Positions 34,041-44,238 of a stretch of DNA of 64,000 bases are shown here, piece by piece (position 1 is the stretch's first letter; each line of letters begins with the position of its first letter). The notes under the pieces were generated by a model. It saw nothing but the letters and a program-made list of their open reading frames with translations, did not search any database and had not been told where the DNA came from. A program made the position numbers and the translations under genes. Location of the stretch: the NCBI RefSeq assembly GCF_054482595.1, contig NZ_CM137008.1; one strand, given 5' to 3'.

Positions 34041-34934
34041 ATGAAACCGCAGATTTACCACGTCGATGCTTTTACCTCTCAACCATTTCGCGGCAATTCT
34101 GCCGGTGTTGTTTTCCCCGCCGATAATCTTAGCGAAGCGCAAATGCAGCTTATCGCCCGCGAATTAGGTCATTCGGAAACTGCTTTTCTGCTGCACAGCG
34201 ACGACAGCGATGTGCGCATCCGCTACTTTACGCCAACGGTTGAAGTTCCGATTTGTGGTCACGCGACAGTAGCTGCGCACTATGTACGTGCGAAGGTGTT
34301 AGGTTTAGGAAATTGCACGGTCTGGCAAACATCGCTGGCAGGAAAACATCGCGTGACTATCGAAAAGCACCACGATGATTATCGTATTTCGCTGGAACAA
34401 GGTACGCCGGGCTTTGAGCCACCGCTGGAAGATGAAACACGTGCGGCGATTATCAACGCGCTTCATCTCACTGAGGACGATATTCTGCCAGGCTTGCCAA
34501 TTCAGGTGGCAACAACAGGACACTCAAAAGTGATGATCCCGTTGAAACCAGAAGTGGATATCGACGCCCTTTCGCCTGATCTTGCTGCGCTGAGCGCTAT
34601 CAGCAAACAGATTGGCTGCAATGGTTTCTTCCCGTTCCAGATCCGCCCAGGCAAAAACGAAACCGATGGTCGCATGTTCTCGCCTGCGATTGGTATTGTG
34701 GAAGATCCGGTGACTGGCAATGCCAATGGCCCGATGGGTGCATGGTTGGTACATCACAACGTATTGCCCCACGATGGCAAGGTGCTGCGTGTTAAAGGCC
34801 ATCAGGGGCGCGCATTGGGGCGTGACGGCGTGATTGAAGTGACGGTGACAATTCGTGATAACCAACCGGAAAAAGTCACCATTTCTGGCGCGGCGGTGAT
34901 TTTGTTTCATGCCGAATGGGCAATTAAACTCTGA
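34041..34934 (+). CDS. yddE: PhzF-family isomerase-like protein YddE
   Basis: 297-aa ORF; synteny between narV and nhoA. Confidence 0.85.
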   Translation: MKPQIYHVDAFTSQPFRGNSAGVVFPADNLSEAQMQLIARELGHSETAFLLHSDDSDVRIRYFTPTVEVPICGHATVAAHYVRAKVLGLGNCTVWQTSLAGKHRVTIEKHHDDYRISLEQGTPGFEPPLEDETRAAIINALHLTEDDILPGLPIQVATTGHSKVMIPLKPEVDIDALSPDLAALSAISKQIGCNGFFPFQIRPGKNETDGRMFSPAIGIVEDPVTGNANGPMGAWLVHHNVLPHDGKVLRVKGHQGRALGRDGVIEVTVTIRDNQPEKVTISGAAVILFHAEWAIKL

Positions 34935-34941
34935 AACCGTT

Positions 34942-35017
34942 GCCTGATGCGCTTCGCTTATCAGGTCTACAACCGAGCTAATGTATGCCGGATAAGGCGT
35001 TTACGCCGCATCCGGCA
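34942..35017. repeat. REP elements (two palindromic units) between yddE and nhoA
   Basis: gcctgatgcgcttcgcttatcaggtctac and gccggataaggcgtttacgccgcatccggca. Confidence 0.85.
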
Positions 35018-35029
35018 ACCTGACATAAA

Positions 35030-35875
35030 TTATTTTCCCGCCTCCGGGTGCGTATCAAACGCCGCCATCACCAGCGCTAACTCATCCACGGTTAAGCCAT
35101 GTTTCGCATCATCCACGCCCAGACCAAACTGTTCTTGCATCACAGCATATAATGACGCCACATCCGGTAGATTTCGCTGCTCCACCGCGTGCCCATTTTC
35201 ATAATGGGTAAAATGAAAATTGGTCAGTGTCAGCTTGCCGCCGTCCGGCAAATGGCGGCACATCAGCAAATGATGGCGAAAATGCGACTGCGGCCAGTGC
35301 GCCGACCAGAAATTGCCCATCACATAATCGCTTTGTTGCTGCTCGCAGAGATCAAAACGGTACATCGACTGCCAATGCTGATGATGATTAAACTGCAACA
35401 CCCAATCATCACCCTCCTGCAACAACCGATACTCTCCGTGTGGCGTGGTCTGCACGAGATCGGGAACTAAACGAATCGGCGCGGTTAGCGTCTGCCCACC
35501 GAAACCGACATCAGCAATCCATTTTTCCCCTTCCAGTTCCACCAACAGCAAACGATGGGTGCGCGGCGGTAATGCTGGCGGATTTGATAACACTACCCGC
35601 CCTAACAAGCTGCGAACGTTAAACCCCAGCTCGCGTAACACCCGCTCAAACACGCCATTCTGCTCAAAACAGTAACCGCCACGACGGGCTATCACCAGTT
35701 TCTCTTCCAGCGATTGATCATCAAGCTGTATTTCCCTCGGCAGCAAAACGTCGAGGTTTTCAAACGGAATGGTGCAATTGTGTTTCAGGTGCAATGCACG
35801 AAGCGTATCAATATTGACCGCAGCAGCTCCCGACCAGTTAATACGGGCAAAATAGTGATTCAGAATGGGCGTCAT
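35030..35875 (-). CDS. nhoA: Arylamine N-acetyltransferase NhoA
   Basis: 281-aa ORF MTPILNHYFARINWSG…; NAT family. Confidence 0.9.
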   Translation of the reverse strand: MTPILNHYFARINWSGAAAVNIDTLRALHLKHNCTIPFENLDVLLPREIQLDDQSLEEKLVIARRGGYCFEQNGVFERVLRELGFNVRSLLGRVVLSNPPALPPRTHRLLLVELEGEKWIADVGFGGQTLTAPIRLVPDLVQTTPHGEYRLLQEGDDWVLQFNHHQHWQSMYRFDLCEQQQSDYVMGNFWSAHWPQSHFRHHLLMCRHLPDGGKLTLTNFHFTHYENGHAVEQRNLPDVASLYAVMQEQFGLGVDDAKHGLTVDELALVMAAFDTHPEAGK

Positions 35876-36047
35876 CAGGCGTTTCCCTTAGTGGTTTTCT
35901 CAACTTATAACCTGGAATAGACGCCGCACCGGCTATTTTGTGCGATCGCGGACATGCATCACGTTCGCAAATCGCCAATCCCGTTAATTTCGTTACTTAT
36001 TGCGTTACGGACTACGCTTAAAAAAACCTTCTTCGCGAGGCGATACC

Positions 36048-36617
36048 ATGAGCCGATTCATCCCCATAGAATTACACCATGCCAGCCGTCTGTTAAATCA
36101 TGGCCCAACTGTCTTGATCACCAGTTTCGATGAGCAATCCCAGCGGCGTAACATTATGGCTGCAGCCTGGTCAATGCCGGTGGAGTTTGAACCTCCACGC
36201 GTGGCGATTGTGGTAGATAAATCGACATGGACCAGGGAGTTGATTGAACATAACGGTAAATTTGGCATCGTTATCCCGGGCGTTGCAGCAACTAACTGGA
36301 CGTGGGCAGTGGGAAGTGTATCTGGGCGTGAAGAAGATAAATTTAATTGCTACGGCATTCCGGTGGTGAAAGGTCCGGTGCTTGGTTTGCCACTTGTTGA
36401 AGAGAAATGCCTGGCGTGGATGGAGTGCCGCCTGCTACCTGCGACTTCTGCGCAACAAAAATACGACACGCTGTTTGGCGAGGTGGTATCAGCAGCGGCA
36501 GACGCACGGGTATTTGTCGAAGGCCGCTGGCAGTTTGATGATGATAAGCTCAATACGTTGCATCATTTAGGTGCTGGCACGTTTGTTACCAGCGGCAAGC
36601 GAGTTACGGCGGGTTAA
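36048..36617 (+). CDS. yddH: Flavin reductase-like protein YddH
   Basis: ORF 36000-36617; start placed at MSRFIPIELHH to give 189 aa. Confidence 0.8.
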   Translation: MSRFIPIELHHASRLLNHGPTVLITSFDEQSQRRNIMAAAWSMPVEFEPPRVAIVVDKSTWTRELIEHNGKFGIVIPGVAATNWTWAVGSVSGREEDKFNCYGIPVVKGPVLGLPLVEEKCLAWMECRLLPATSAQQKYDTLFGEVVSAAADARVFVEGRWQFDDDKLNTLHHLGAGTFVTSGKRVTAG

Positions 36618-36620
36618 GCA

Positions 36621-36848
36621 TTACATGCTGTAACCGGGTTTCTTTATCAAAGCCTCCATTTGGGGCGCGATTTCGGCATCCCAGATAGCTTGCCATGATT
36701 CTGGTTGAATCTGCTGTAGAGAAATGCTTATCGAGCTATCTTTACTGTTCAGATGGCGAATAATAACGTCGGTAATATCTGCAGCAAGTGCTGCTTTTTG
36801 TTGTTCGTCCAGTTCACGCGGAAAACATTTAATGTCGATGTGCGGCAT
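36621..36848 (-). CDS. pptA: Tautomerase PptA (4-oxalocrotonate tautomerase family)
   Basis: 75-aa product [12 protein letters not shown]… with the N-terminal Pro characteristic of tautomerases; within ORF 36621-36962. Confidence 0.85.
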   Translation of the reverse strand: MPHIDIKCFPRELDEQQKAALAADITDVIIRHLNSKDSSISISLQQIQPESWQAIWDAEIAPQMEALIKKPGYSM

Positions 36849-37289
36849 GATTACGCTCCTTTTGAAAGATGTCAGTAAAATTAACACACATTGTGAATGT
36901 CGTATGTCCGGTGATGCGTTTTTACGACAATAATGCCTGCTTGAAATTGTAGATATTTGCACTACACCCTTTTAAATAAAGCACCAACAAATCGTCAACT
37001 TGCAGAACATATTCTTCTGCCTACATACCATTAAGAAAACATCAAGTTCCCGACTTGCCAATTTATTAACGCCCATTATAGACGCTGAAACAAGCTACGG
37101 ACAAAGGAGATGCCAAAATTACCGGCAATGCAGAAAAACTCAACGAACCATGGCTCTTTACCACAGCAGCCGGGGTTGTTTGGGACCGACTTCCGACAGC
37201 AGATCCCGGTGGGCCTGCCACCATCTCTTCACAAGTTTATGCTTATTACATGCAAAACGTCCCGTTTTGCATCTTTGTGCCTACGGCAC

Positions 37290-37400
37290 ACCGTGATCTT
37301 TCCCTGGTCCCTGTCCCGGATTGTAGTACCGGTGCCAGTTGTAGTGCAGTTCGGATTCGTCGTCATACTGCTAGCCCGGATGGCGGAGCAGTTGCTCTAG
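37290..37400 (-). pseudogene. Degenerate orphan Rhs core-end remnant
   Basis: Minus-strand translation QYDDESELHYNWHRYYNPGQG… parallels [22 protein letters not shown] at the end of the intact Rhs core, then hits a stop; DNA similarity to 38400-38480. Confidence 0.5.
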
Positions 37401-37442
37401 TCACTCAGAATATTGTAATAGTGATAGAGTGCAGTGCCGGTT

Positions 37443-37856
37443 TCAATATCCTAACGCTGGTCTTTTGCCTGTATTAACTGATTTAGCTGGTTTGCTACAT
37501 ATTAATGCCTTCAGATTTTCCCTTTCCTTGTCTGTGATACTGTCACAAACCCTACTAGCCCATTCTACTTCACTCTTCTCCAGGCATTCTATTTTCTTAT
37601 TGCTCATTGTTCTAATGTTTGGTGTTGCATCTCCATTTAATAACATCCATGTTTCATTTTTCTTCATAAAACATCTTCCATTATGTTCAAAGATATTAGG
37701 TGTGAATATATTATCAGAATCCCATGTTACGACTTGCTCGAGGGCTATATTATCTTGATAGTCCATGCCAGCATTATAATAATCACAAGATATAATTATC
37801 ATGGAAATAATTATCATGGAAATAATTATCACTAATATCTTCCCAAGCATTTCCAT
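37443..37856 (-). CDS. Putative Rhs immunity protein; predicted inner-membrane lipoprotein (137 aa)
   Basis: Start ATG directly abuts the rhs stop (…GTAAAGTAAATGGAAATG); signal peptide with lipobox IISC and Asp at +2; AT-rich like the Rhs C-terminal domain. Confidence 0.7.
   Translation of the reverse strand: MEMLGKILVIIISMIIISMIIISCDYYNAGMDYQDNIALEQVVTWDSDNIFTPNIFEHNGRCFMKKNETWMLLNGDATPNIRTMSNKKIECLEKSEVEWASRVCDSITDKERENLKALICSKPAKSVNTGKRPALGY
37792..37832. repeat. 15-bp tandem repeat (2.7 copies of ataattatcatggaa) inside the putative immunity gene signal peptide
   Basis: Seen directly; encodes the repeated SMIII segment of the hydrophobic core. Confidence 0.9.
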
Positions 37857-40800
37857 TTACTTTACCTCTTGAAATTCAAATGGGAATCCAGTGAAAGGAC
37901 CTTTAGGCATAATATATCTTTGATATCCATAAAGCTCACCGAGCACTTGTAGGCTTATAGGCGCATTTGTATTCATAGAGGGGTTGTTAAACCCGCACGC
38001 CTCAAAAATCATGTTCGTTCGGCTAAAACAATTATTTAAAACAGGAAGAGGCCCGAGGTTAATAGTTTTTAGTTTTTTATTAAGGTCTATTGCCTTATTC
38101 ATCATACATTGTTCTTCTTCATCTGTTGTATCTATTATCCAAATCCAGGTATCTCTGCGGGATTGTATCTTTTTAAAATAATCAGAGACAGAGGCTCCCA
38201 TCTCATCCCCAGTTCCCGAACTCATTAATCCATATCGATTTGCCGCCGCAGCATGCCCAAAAGGATTATCAGGAACGGGGCCGTTACCTATTATCATAGT
38301 ACTAAGCCCTAATGGATCAACGTGTTGCACTGGATTCAGCGGATATTGGTACAGATTCCATCCCCCCTTCAGCCCTATCGGGTCCTGAGTGATATACCGC
38401 CCCTGCAACGGATCGTAGTACCGGTTCCGGTTGTAGTACAGCCCCGACTCCTTATCATACTGCTGCCCCGGCAGCCGGTACGGCTGGTGCAGGTGATGCG
38501 GGTTCTCCTCATTAAGCTGGTTGCCCCATTCATCATACTCCGCGCTCCACGCCGTATTGCCGTCTTCACTGATAAGCGCCAGCGGCAGGCCCCGGTGGTC
38601 GCAGTGGTAAAGATGAACTTTTCTCGCCGGTGTGTATTCCGGCTCCATCTGTCTGGCCAGTTGCTCCACCGTCAGCCCGCACTGCGCAAGCCACGCCCGG
38701 CTTTCACTGCTCACGCGGTCTGCCCGGATTTCTTCCTCCAGTCTGTCCAGCAGCCGCACCAGTTCAGCCGGAAATACCACGCCGTGCCCGTCCTCGCTCC
38801 CTTCCTGCTGCATCTTCTCCGCCAGGCTGCGGCGCTGCGCTTTCTCCCGCTCGCCGTTCTCTGTCTCGCCCCGGATGAGCGGCGTGAAGCTTCCCGGCTC
38901 GTATACCGTCTGGATACGTGTGGTGTCAGTCTGCACCGTCGTCAGCCTGTCGCCGTCCCACCCGTACCATGTCTCCTCCGGTTTACGCGACAGCGACATC
39001 CATCCCGTCAGGTCACGCCCGCGACGCCACACCCGTTTCGCCATTCGCCGTCCCAGCGGGTCGTAGAGGTAGCAGCTCTCGACCAGTGGCTCGCCATGCT
39101 GTATCCGCGTGTAGAACACCAGGCGGTGCTGGCTGTCGTAGTGATAGTGGTGGGTGCGCTCGTCGTGCATCCGGATAACCCCTTCCGGGATACGGTCCGT
39201 CTTCTCCGCCAGCCTGCCGTATTCATCGTAGCGGTAGACATAGTGCGCATCTTCCGCGATGCGGTTATCCGGCCACGCCGTGAAGGTGCTGTCCGGGTGC
39301 AGTTCCGGGTCCGGCAGCCGGTTTCCTGCCGGGTCCGTCGCATACGGGATATCGATATCCAGGTTCGCTGCCGTGGTGTGGACGCCCGTCAGCCTTCCCG
39401 TGCCGCTGTAACGGTACTCCCGGCTCTCCTGCGGGCCGCTGATGCGGATTAGCTGTCCGTTGTCGTTCCAGTCGTAGTCATGGTCAAGCTGCGGAAGGTT
39501 CAGGTGCCTGCTCCGGAGCTGGCCGCTGGTATTCCAGGCGGTGGCAAGTTCATATGCCTCCCCGCCGAAGCTGCGGGCCGTCTCACGGTGCAGCCGGTCC
39601 CGCGTGTACTCGACCAGCGGCGTTCCGCCCAGCTTCATCCCCGCAAGATAACCGCTGCCATACGTCAGCCACTCCACCCGCGGCAGGCTGTCCGGCGTGA
39701 CGCGGTTTGCCAGACCCTGTTCGTTGTATGCGTGCTCTGTCTCATGCTGCCACAGCAGTTCCCCCGTCTCCGGGTTATGCACCGTCTGGCGTTCGCCGGC
39801 CAGGCGACCCTTATCATCATAACCGTAATGCACCGCCACCTGATGGCCTTCGCTCAGGTGGCTGATGTCTGTCAGCCAGCCGTGGCCGTCATACTGCCAC
39901 TGCTCTGCCGGTTCACCGTTCACCGTGCGGTGAGTGATACGGTCCGATTCGTCGTAGTGCCAGAGGGTGACAAGTCCCTCATCCTCACTCTGTGTGAGTT
40001 TTCCGGTCAGGTCATAATGATAACGCTGCGTCCGCCCGTCAAAGCCGCCCTGCTGTACCAGGCGGTCCAGCGCATCGTAGCTGAAGTCGCTGTGACTGCC
40101 GTTCTCGTTGGTCAGGCTGATGACACGTCCGGCAGCATCGTACTCCATACTGCGCGTCAGCCCGCCCTGCGTGGTGCTGACCGCCTTTCCCCACGCATCG
40201 TACTGTGTCTCGCTCCGGTTGCCGTCCGGGGTGATAACGGCAGTCAGGTCGCCTGCGGCGTTGTATTCATACCGCGTTTCACGGCCCTGTGCGTCTTTCA
40301 CCGAGGTTAACCGGCCACGGTTGTCATAGCGGCGGTAAAGGCTGATGCCTTCCTCGCGGTGGACCGCCGTCATCTGGCCGAAGCGGTCGTATTCATAGCG
40401 GGTCTGGTAGCCCGAGCAGTCGGTGAACGCCAGCAACTGACCGTAGCGGCTCCACGTCATCTGCCGGGTGCTGCCCGTCGCATCTGTTGTCGTGGCCGGT
40501 AATTCACTGTGCGCATCATCATAGCGGTAGCGTACTGTCTCCCCGCTGCGCGATGTCTCCGTTACCAGCCTGTCCAGTTCATCATATGCCCGGCGGCTCT
40601 CCAGCCCGTCCGGGGACACCACCGCCGTCAGCTGGTTCCCGTCGTTATAGTAAAATTTCGTCTCCCGCCCGTCCGGTGTGGTGATGTCCGTGATATCGCC
40701 GGACACCACATTCAGACCGTACTCTGTCCGCCGTCCCGCCGCGTCCGTCTGCGCCGTGAGCCTTCCTGCCGCGTCATACCCGCTGTGCGTGACGCTGCCA

Positions 40801-42062
40801 TCCGCCAGTTCTTTTTTCACCACCCGTTTCAGCCCGCCTTCACCTTCTGTATGCAGCACCTCACGCCGGTTCAGGCTGTCGGTGACGGTGATGCGGTCCT
40901 GCTCATACTGGTAGCGGTAACTCAGGCCTGCCGGGTTAAGCTGCTCCACCACCCGCCCGGTATCGTCGTAGCGGTAGCGCATCTCCGGCCTTCCCGCATA
41001 ACGGTGCCCCACCATCCGGCCCGGGTGCTGCGCGTCATACGTGAAAGCGCGCACCTGTGTCCCGCTGCGGTCATATACCGCCAGCAGTTCACCGGCTTCC
41101 GTATACGTGTACCGCGCCAGTGGCGCTCCGGGCAGGCTCTCCGGGTATGCCGGGTCGTGCATCAGCCACACCGCCAAAAGGCGGATACCCCTGTCGGGGC
41201 CGTATTCGGTACCGGGCAGTGTGTCGGGGAACGCTGAGGCTGAGAGAGGGCGGGAACGGTCAGAAGAAGATAGCGAAGAGGTGCGGGCCTCTTCCGCACG
41301 CTGCGCCTGCGTGGTCAGCACCAGACGGAACTCCCGCCCGGCACCGTCCGTCACGCCGGTGATTTCCCCGGCCAGGTCACCGGCGGCCTCACGCCGGTAC
41401 GTCAGCGTCCGCCCGAAGCGGTCCGCCATCCCGGTAAGCACCCGGTACGGCGGCAGCGGCGCTGGCAGTACGTCCTCAGCACCCGGCACCCGCTCAGACC
41501 ACCCCAGTATCCACCACGGCCCCTGTGCGCTGTTGGTCGCCAGGTAAAGATGCGGGCTTAACCGGATATCCGGCGGCAGCGACGCCCACAGCCGTGCCAG
41601 CGTATGGCCGTCCGGCTGCGTTGCCTTACCGCCACGCACCAGCCACAGGGACTCGCTGCGGCTGTACACCGCCTCACCCGGCAGCAGCGGCTCAAAGTGA
41701 ATGCTCCGTCCGCCGTTGTCGTTGAGTACCAGTGCATCATCGCGTAGCTGTAAGCGGATATCAGAAGGCGCTTTCCAGCCGGGGCCAAAAATCCCCACCG
41801 GTGCAGGCGTCTTCGTCCGGTAGCTGCTGTAGGTGCGGGAGAGAATGAACGGCAGCGGGCCGGGCAGCGCAAGGTCCGTCTCGCCGGGCAGCACCTTCGC
41901 CCCCAGTAGCGGGTTTACCGGGTTAGAATAGGTGATACCGCCCGGACACACCGAGCACGCCACACCGGTCGGCGCGCCTATCAGTACCCCCGCTGACCCC
42001 TGGACTATCGGACCGCCGTACTGGGTCATATCTCCCTGGCGTGCCGCTGGTTTTCCGCTCAT
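37857..42062 (-). CDS. rhs: PAAR-domain Rhs protein (1401 aa): N-terminal PAAR-like region, YD/RHS repeat core, DPLGL boundary, 148-aa C-terminal domain of unknown function (putative toxin)
   Basis: N-terminus [11 protein letters not shown]…; numerous YD repeats; core ends …[32 protein letters not shown] at 38304-38318; downstream CT (37860-38303) is AT-rich. Confidence 0.9.
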   Translation of the reverse strand: MSGKPAARQGDMTQYGGPIVQGSAGVLIGAPTGVACSVCPGGITYSNPVNPLLGAKVLPGETDLALPGPLPFILSRTYSSYRTKTPAPVGIFGPGWKAPSDIRLQLRDDALVLNDNGGRSIHFEPLLPGEAVYSRSESLWLVRGGKATQPDGHTLARLWASLPPDIRLSPHLYLATNSAQGPWWILGWSERVPGAEDVLPAPLPPYRVLTGMADRFGRTLTYRREAAGDLAGEITGVTDGAGREFRLVLTTQAQRAEEARTSSLSSSDRSRPLSASAFPDTLPGTEYGPDRGIRLLAVWLMHDPAYPESLPGAPLARYTYTEAGELLAVYDRSGTQVRAFTYDAQHPGRMVGHRYAGRPEMRYRYDDTGRVVEQLNPAGLSYRYQYEQDRITVTDSLNRREVLHTEGEGGLKRVVKKELADGSVTHSGYDAAGRLTAQTDAAGRRTEYGLNVVSGDITDITTPDGRETKFYYNDGNQLTAVVSPDGLESRRAYDELDRLVTETSRSGETVRYRYDDAHSELPATTTDATGSTRQMTWSRYGQLLAFTDCSGYQTRYEYDRFGQMTAVHREEGISLYRRYDNRGRLTSVKDAQGRETRYEYNAAGDLTAVITPDGNRSETQYDAWGKAVSTTQGGLTRSMEYDAAGRVISLTNENGSHSDFSYDALDRLVQQGGFDGRTQRYHYDLTGKLTQSEDEGLVTLWHYDESDRITHRTVNGEPAEQWQYDGHGWLTDISHLSEGHQVAVHYGYDDKGRLAGERQTVHNPETGELLWQHETEHAYNEQGLANRVTPDSLPRVEWLTYGSGYLAGMKLGGTPLVEYTRDRLHRETARSFGGEAYELATAWNTSGQLRSRHLNLPQLDHDYDWNDNGQLIRISGPQESREYRYSGTGRLTGVHTTAANLDIDIPYATDPAGNRLPDPELHPDSTFTAWPDNRIAEDAHYVYRYDEYGRLAEKTDRIPEGVIRMHDERTHHYHYDSQHRLVFYTRIQHGEPLVESCYLYDPLGRRMAKRVWRRGRDLTGWMSLSRKPEETWYGWDGDRLTTVQTDTTRIQTVYEPGSFTPLIRGETENGEREKAQRRSLAEKMQQEGSEDGHGVVFPAELVRLLDRLEEEIRADRVSSESRAWLAQCGLTVEQLARQMEPEYTPARKVHLYHCDHRGLPLALISEDGNTAWSAEYDEWGNQLNEENPHHLHQPYRLPGQQYDKESGLYYNRNRYYDPLQGRYITQDPIGLKGGWNLYQYPLNPVQHVDPLGLSTMIIGNGPVPDNPFGHAAAANRYGLMSSGTGDEMGASVSDYFKKIQSRRDTWIWIIDTTDEEEQCMMNKAIDLNKKLKTINLGPLPVLNNCFSRTNMIFEACGFNNPSMNTNAPISLQVLGELYGYQRYIMPKGPFTGFPFEFQEVK

Positions 42063-42129
42063 GATTCAAATTCCTTCTTCTGTTTATTTTTAATGCTGGT
42101 TTGTTACTGAATACCGAACAGGTACGGGA

Positions 42130-44238
42130 TCAGTACTCTCTCATATCCGGCGTATCCTGCTTTTCATCAGGTGTCTTCGGTGGGGATTTCGAGGCTGCAC
42201 AGTTCAAGTTAATCAACAGTGAGTCACCATTAACCTGCTCCTTACCCTGCAAATGAATTTTTGTGCCGTTGAGAAAAATTTGTCCGTCCTTCGTCAGCAC
42301 CAGCCTTGCCTTACCACAGCAGAGCTCCAGATGCTCCCCGGCAGAGTAAATCGCTGTCTGTCCGGTATCATCCTTCTTCGTTTTACCCACGGTGAAGGTG
42401 ACGTTATTTCCGACTTTAACGTCATATCCTTTCCCCACAAGCAGCGATTTATTTACCCCCACCTGCGAGGACTGCATCAGCGCCACCGAGGTGTTCATAA
42501 TGCCACCTACCGTCGTCTGATACGCCACGCCCACGGTCAGCGCACGAACAAGTCCAATCGTTTCCACCTGAACAGAACCCACTTTAATTATCTGGTTACT
42601 GCCCACCGTCTCTATCTGGTTAACACCCACCGTCTGTATCTGATTGTTGGTAACCGCAATCATCTGATTGTTGCCAATGGTTTCAGCATGGTTGTTTATC
42701 ACATCCGTGGTGCGGTTATTCAGCACCTCGGTGTTCATGTTCTTCTGCGCGTGGATGTAGACCTGTTCTTTCCCTGTCGCATCGTCAAACTTCAGTTCAT
42801 TAAACCCGCTGCCCTTATAGGTTTTCGAACGAATGGTCATCTGCGTCTTCGTCCCCGGCAGGCTGCCGGGGGTGCGGTTTTCCTGGTGGTAGGTACGCCC
42901 CATAATAATCGGCTGGTCCGGATCGCCGTTGAGGAAGTCCACAATCACCTCCTGACCCACACGCGGTATCGCCAGGTTGCCAAAGCCGGTGCCTGCCCAC
43001 GCCTGTGCCACACGGATCCAGCATGAACTGTCCTGGTTTGACGGGTTATAGCGGTCCCAGTTAAATTTCACCCGCACGCGGCCATGTTCATCACAGAAGA
43101 TTTCCTCGCCTGCCGGTCCCGTCACGACGGCGCTCTGCGGGCCGTCCACCATCGGTTTCAGCAACGGCTGTGGCCGCCATGTCCGGTCTGCCGGGATTAC
43201 CGCAAAGTGGTTATTCAGCGTGGTACCTGAACCACTGCGTCCCGGCACCGCCTGCGGCTGCTCGCCGTGCAGTTCACTTGCCACCACCTGCCATTCCCGG
43301 TTCAGGTTCGCCTGCGGATGCCCCGTCAGCGCAATTCGCCGTCCCGGCCATATCTCCGGAGAACGGCTTGTTCCGCGCGCCACTTCTGCGTTGTTTCGCC
43401 AGCCATCCATCTGCCAGCGGGCAAAGTTCTGCCCGTGGGCACCCTTGAAACGTCCGGGGTAGTCATACACTTCATACTGTGTGCGCTGGTAATCCTGGTA
43501 CTGGCCTTCCTGATCAAAACGCCCTGCCCAGCCGGGTCGTTTAAAGGTGTAGTCTTTGGTCACCACGGAAGAAGGGCGGATTTGTGCGCTGTAGCGAAAC
43601 TGGCTGATGCATAGGGTGCTCACCTCGGTACGGGTGTTCGGGTTCCAGGGGATCTCAAAGGACTCCGGCAGATAACGCACGGTGTCGCACAGGACCAGGC
43701 TCTGGTCGATACTTTTTTGCGCGTGCTCCTCATAAAAGAAGATGCCTTCCTCCGCCGCCATCCGGCACAGGAAATCGTAATCGGTTTCGCCGTACTGGAC
43801 ACAAAACTCACGGGAAGGATGTGGCTCGCTGAACAGCGGGCTCCACTCGGTAACCCCGTTTTCCTGCAATATCGTGCCGAGGATGCTTTCGATGTCCTCA
43901 TTCTGGAAGATACGGAAGTTCTGGCGCAGCCCTGTGCGCCACAGCGGTGGGCACACCTTCATGCTGTACAGCATCTGGTTTTTGTCGTTCTCCCCCAGTT
44001 CAAACCAGGTCACCATACCTTTCACCCGGCGCTGTACGTCATCGCCCTGCCATACCGTCAGGTAGGCCATTTTGTCCAGCACCTGCGCAAATTCAAGGGA
44101 AAGAAACTGCTGACTGACCAGAGAAAGGTCGAGGGAAAAAAGTGAAGAGAGTGACTGGGAGAGGTGAAAGGAAACCACCGCAAAAGCATCCGGTGGCAGG
44201 CCGTCCACTTCAAGTGTGAAACGTAATCCGGTTGACAT
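42130..44238 (-). CDS. vgrG: Type VI secretion spike protein VgrG
   Basis: Start placed at MSTGLRFTLEVDGLP within ORF 42130-44274; VgrG gp27/gp5-like sequence; 67 bp upstream of rhs. Confidence 0.85.
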   Translation of the reverse strand: MSTGLRFTLEVDGLPPDAFAVVSFHLSQSLSSLFSLDLSLVSQQFLSLEFAQVLDKMAYLTVWQGDDVQRRVKGMVTWFELGENDKNQMLYSMKVCPPLWRTGLRQNFRIFQNEDIESILGTILQENGVTEWSPLFSEPHPSREFCVQYGETDYDFLCRMAAEEGIFFYEEHAQKSIDQSLVLCDTVRYLPESFEIPWNPNTRTEVSTLCISQFRYSAQIRPSSVVTKDYTFKRPGWAGRFDQEGQYQDYQRTQYEVYDYPGRFKGAHGQNFARWQMDGWRNNAEVARGTSRSPEIWPGRRIALTGHPQANLNREWQVVASELHGEQPQAVPGRSGSGTTLNNHFAVIPADRTWRPQPLLKPMVDGPQSAVVTGPAGEEIFCDEHGRVRVKFNWDRYNPSNQDSSCWIRVAQAWAGTGFGNLAIPRVGQEVIVDFLNGDPDQPIIMGRTYHQENRTPGSLPGTKTQMTIRSKTYKGSGFNELKFDDATGKEQVYIHAQKNMNTEVLNNRTTDVINNHAETIGNNQMIAVTNNQIQTVGVNQIETVGSNQIIKVGSVQVETIGLVRALTVGVAYQTTVGGIMNTSVALMQSSQVGVNKSLLVGKGYDVKVGNNVTFTVGKTKKDDTGQTAIYSAGEHLELCCGKARLVLTKDGQIFLNGTKIHLQGKEQVNGDSLLINLNCAASKSPPKTPDEKQDTPDMREY

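Noticed and set aside
37860-38303. Assigning the Rhs CT to a nuclease, deaminase or ADP-ribosyltransferase family
   Set aside because: No HNH/HxxD, HAE…PCxxC or R-S-ExE motifs are visible, so the function is left unassigned rather than guessed.
38322-41237. Long plus-strand ORFs (376, 276 and 242 aa, plus many shorter ones) inside the Rhs gene
   Set aside because: They lie antisense to a GC-rich gene with a strong minus-strand coding signal (YD repeats, PAAR). Their products are Arg/Pro/Ala-rich and low complexity, which is typical of spurious high-GC antisense frames.
42253-43026. 257-aa plus-strand ORF within vgrG
   Set aside because: Antisense to vgrG; no start context or domain features.
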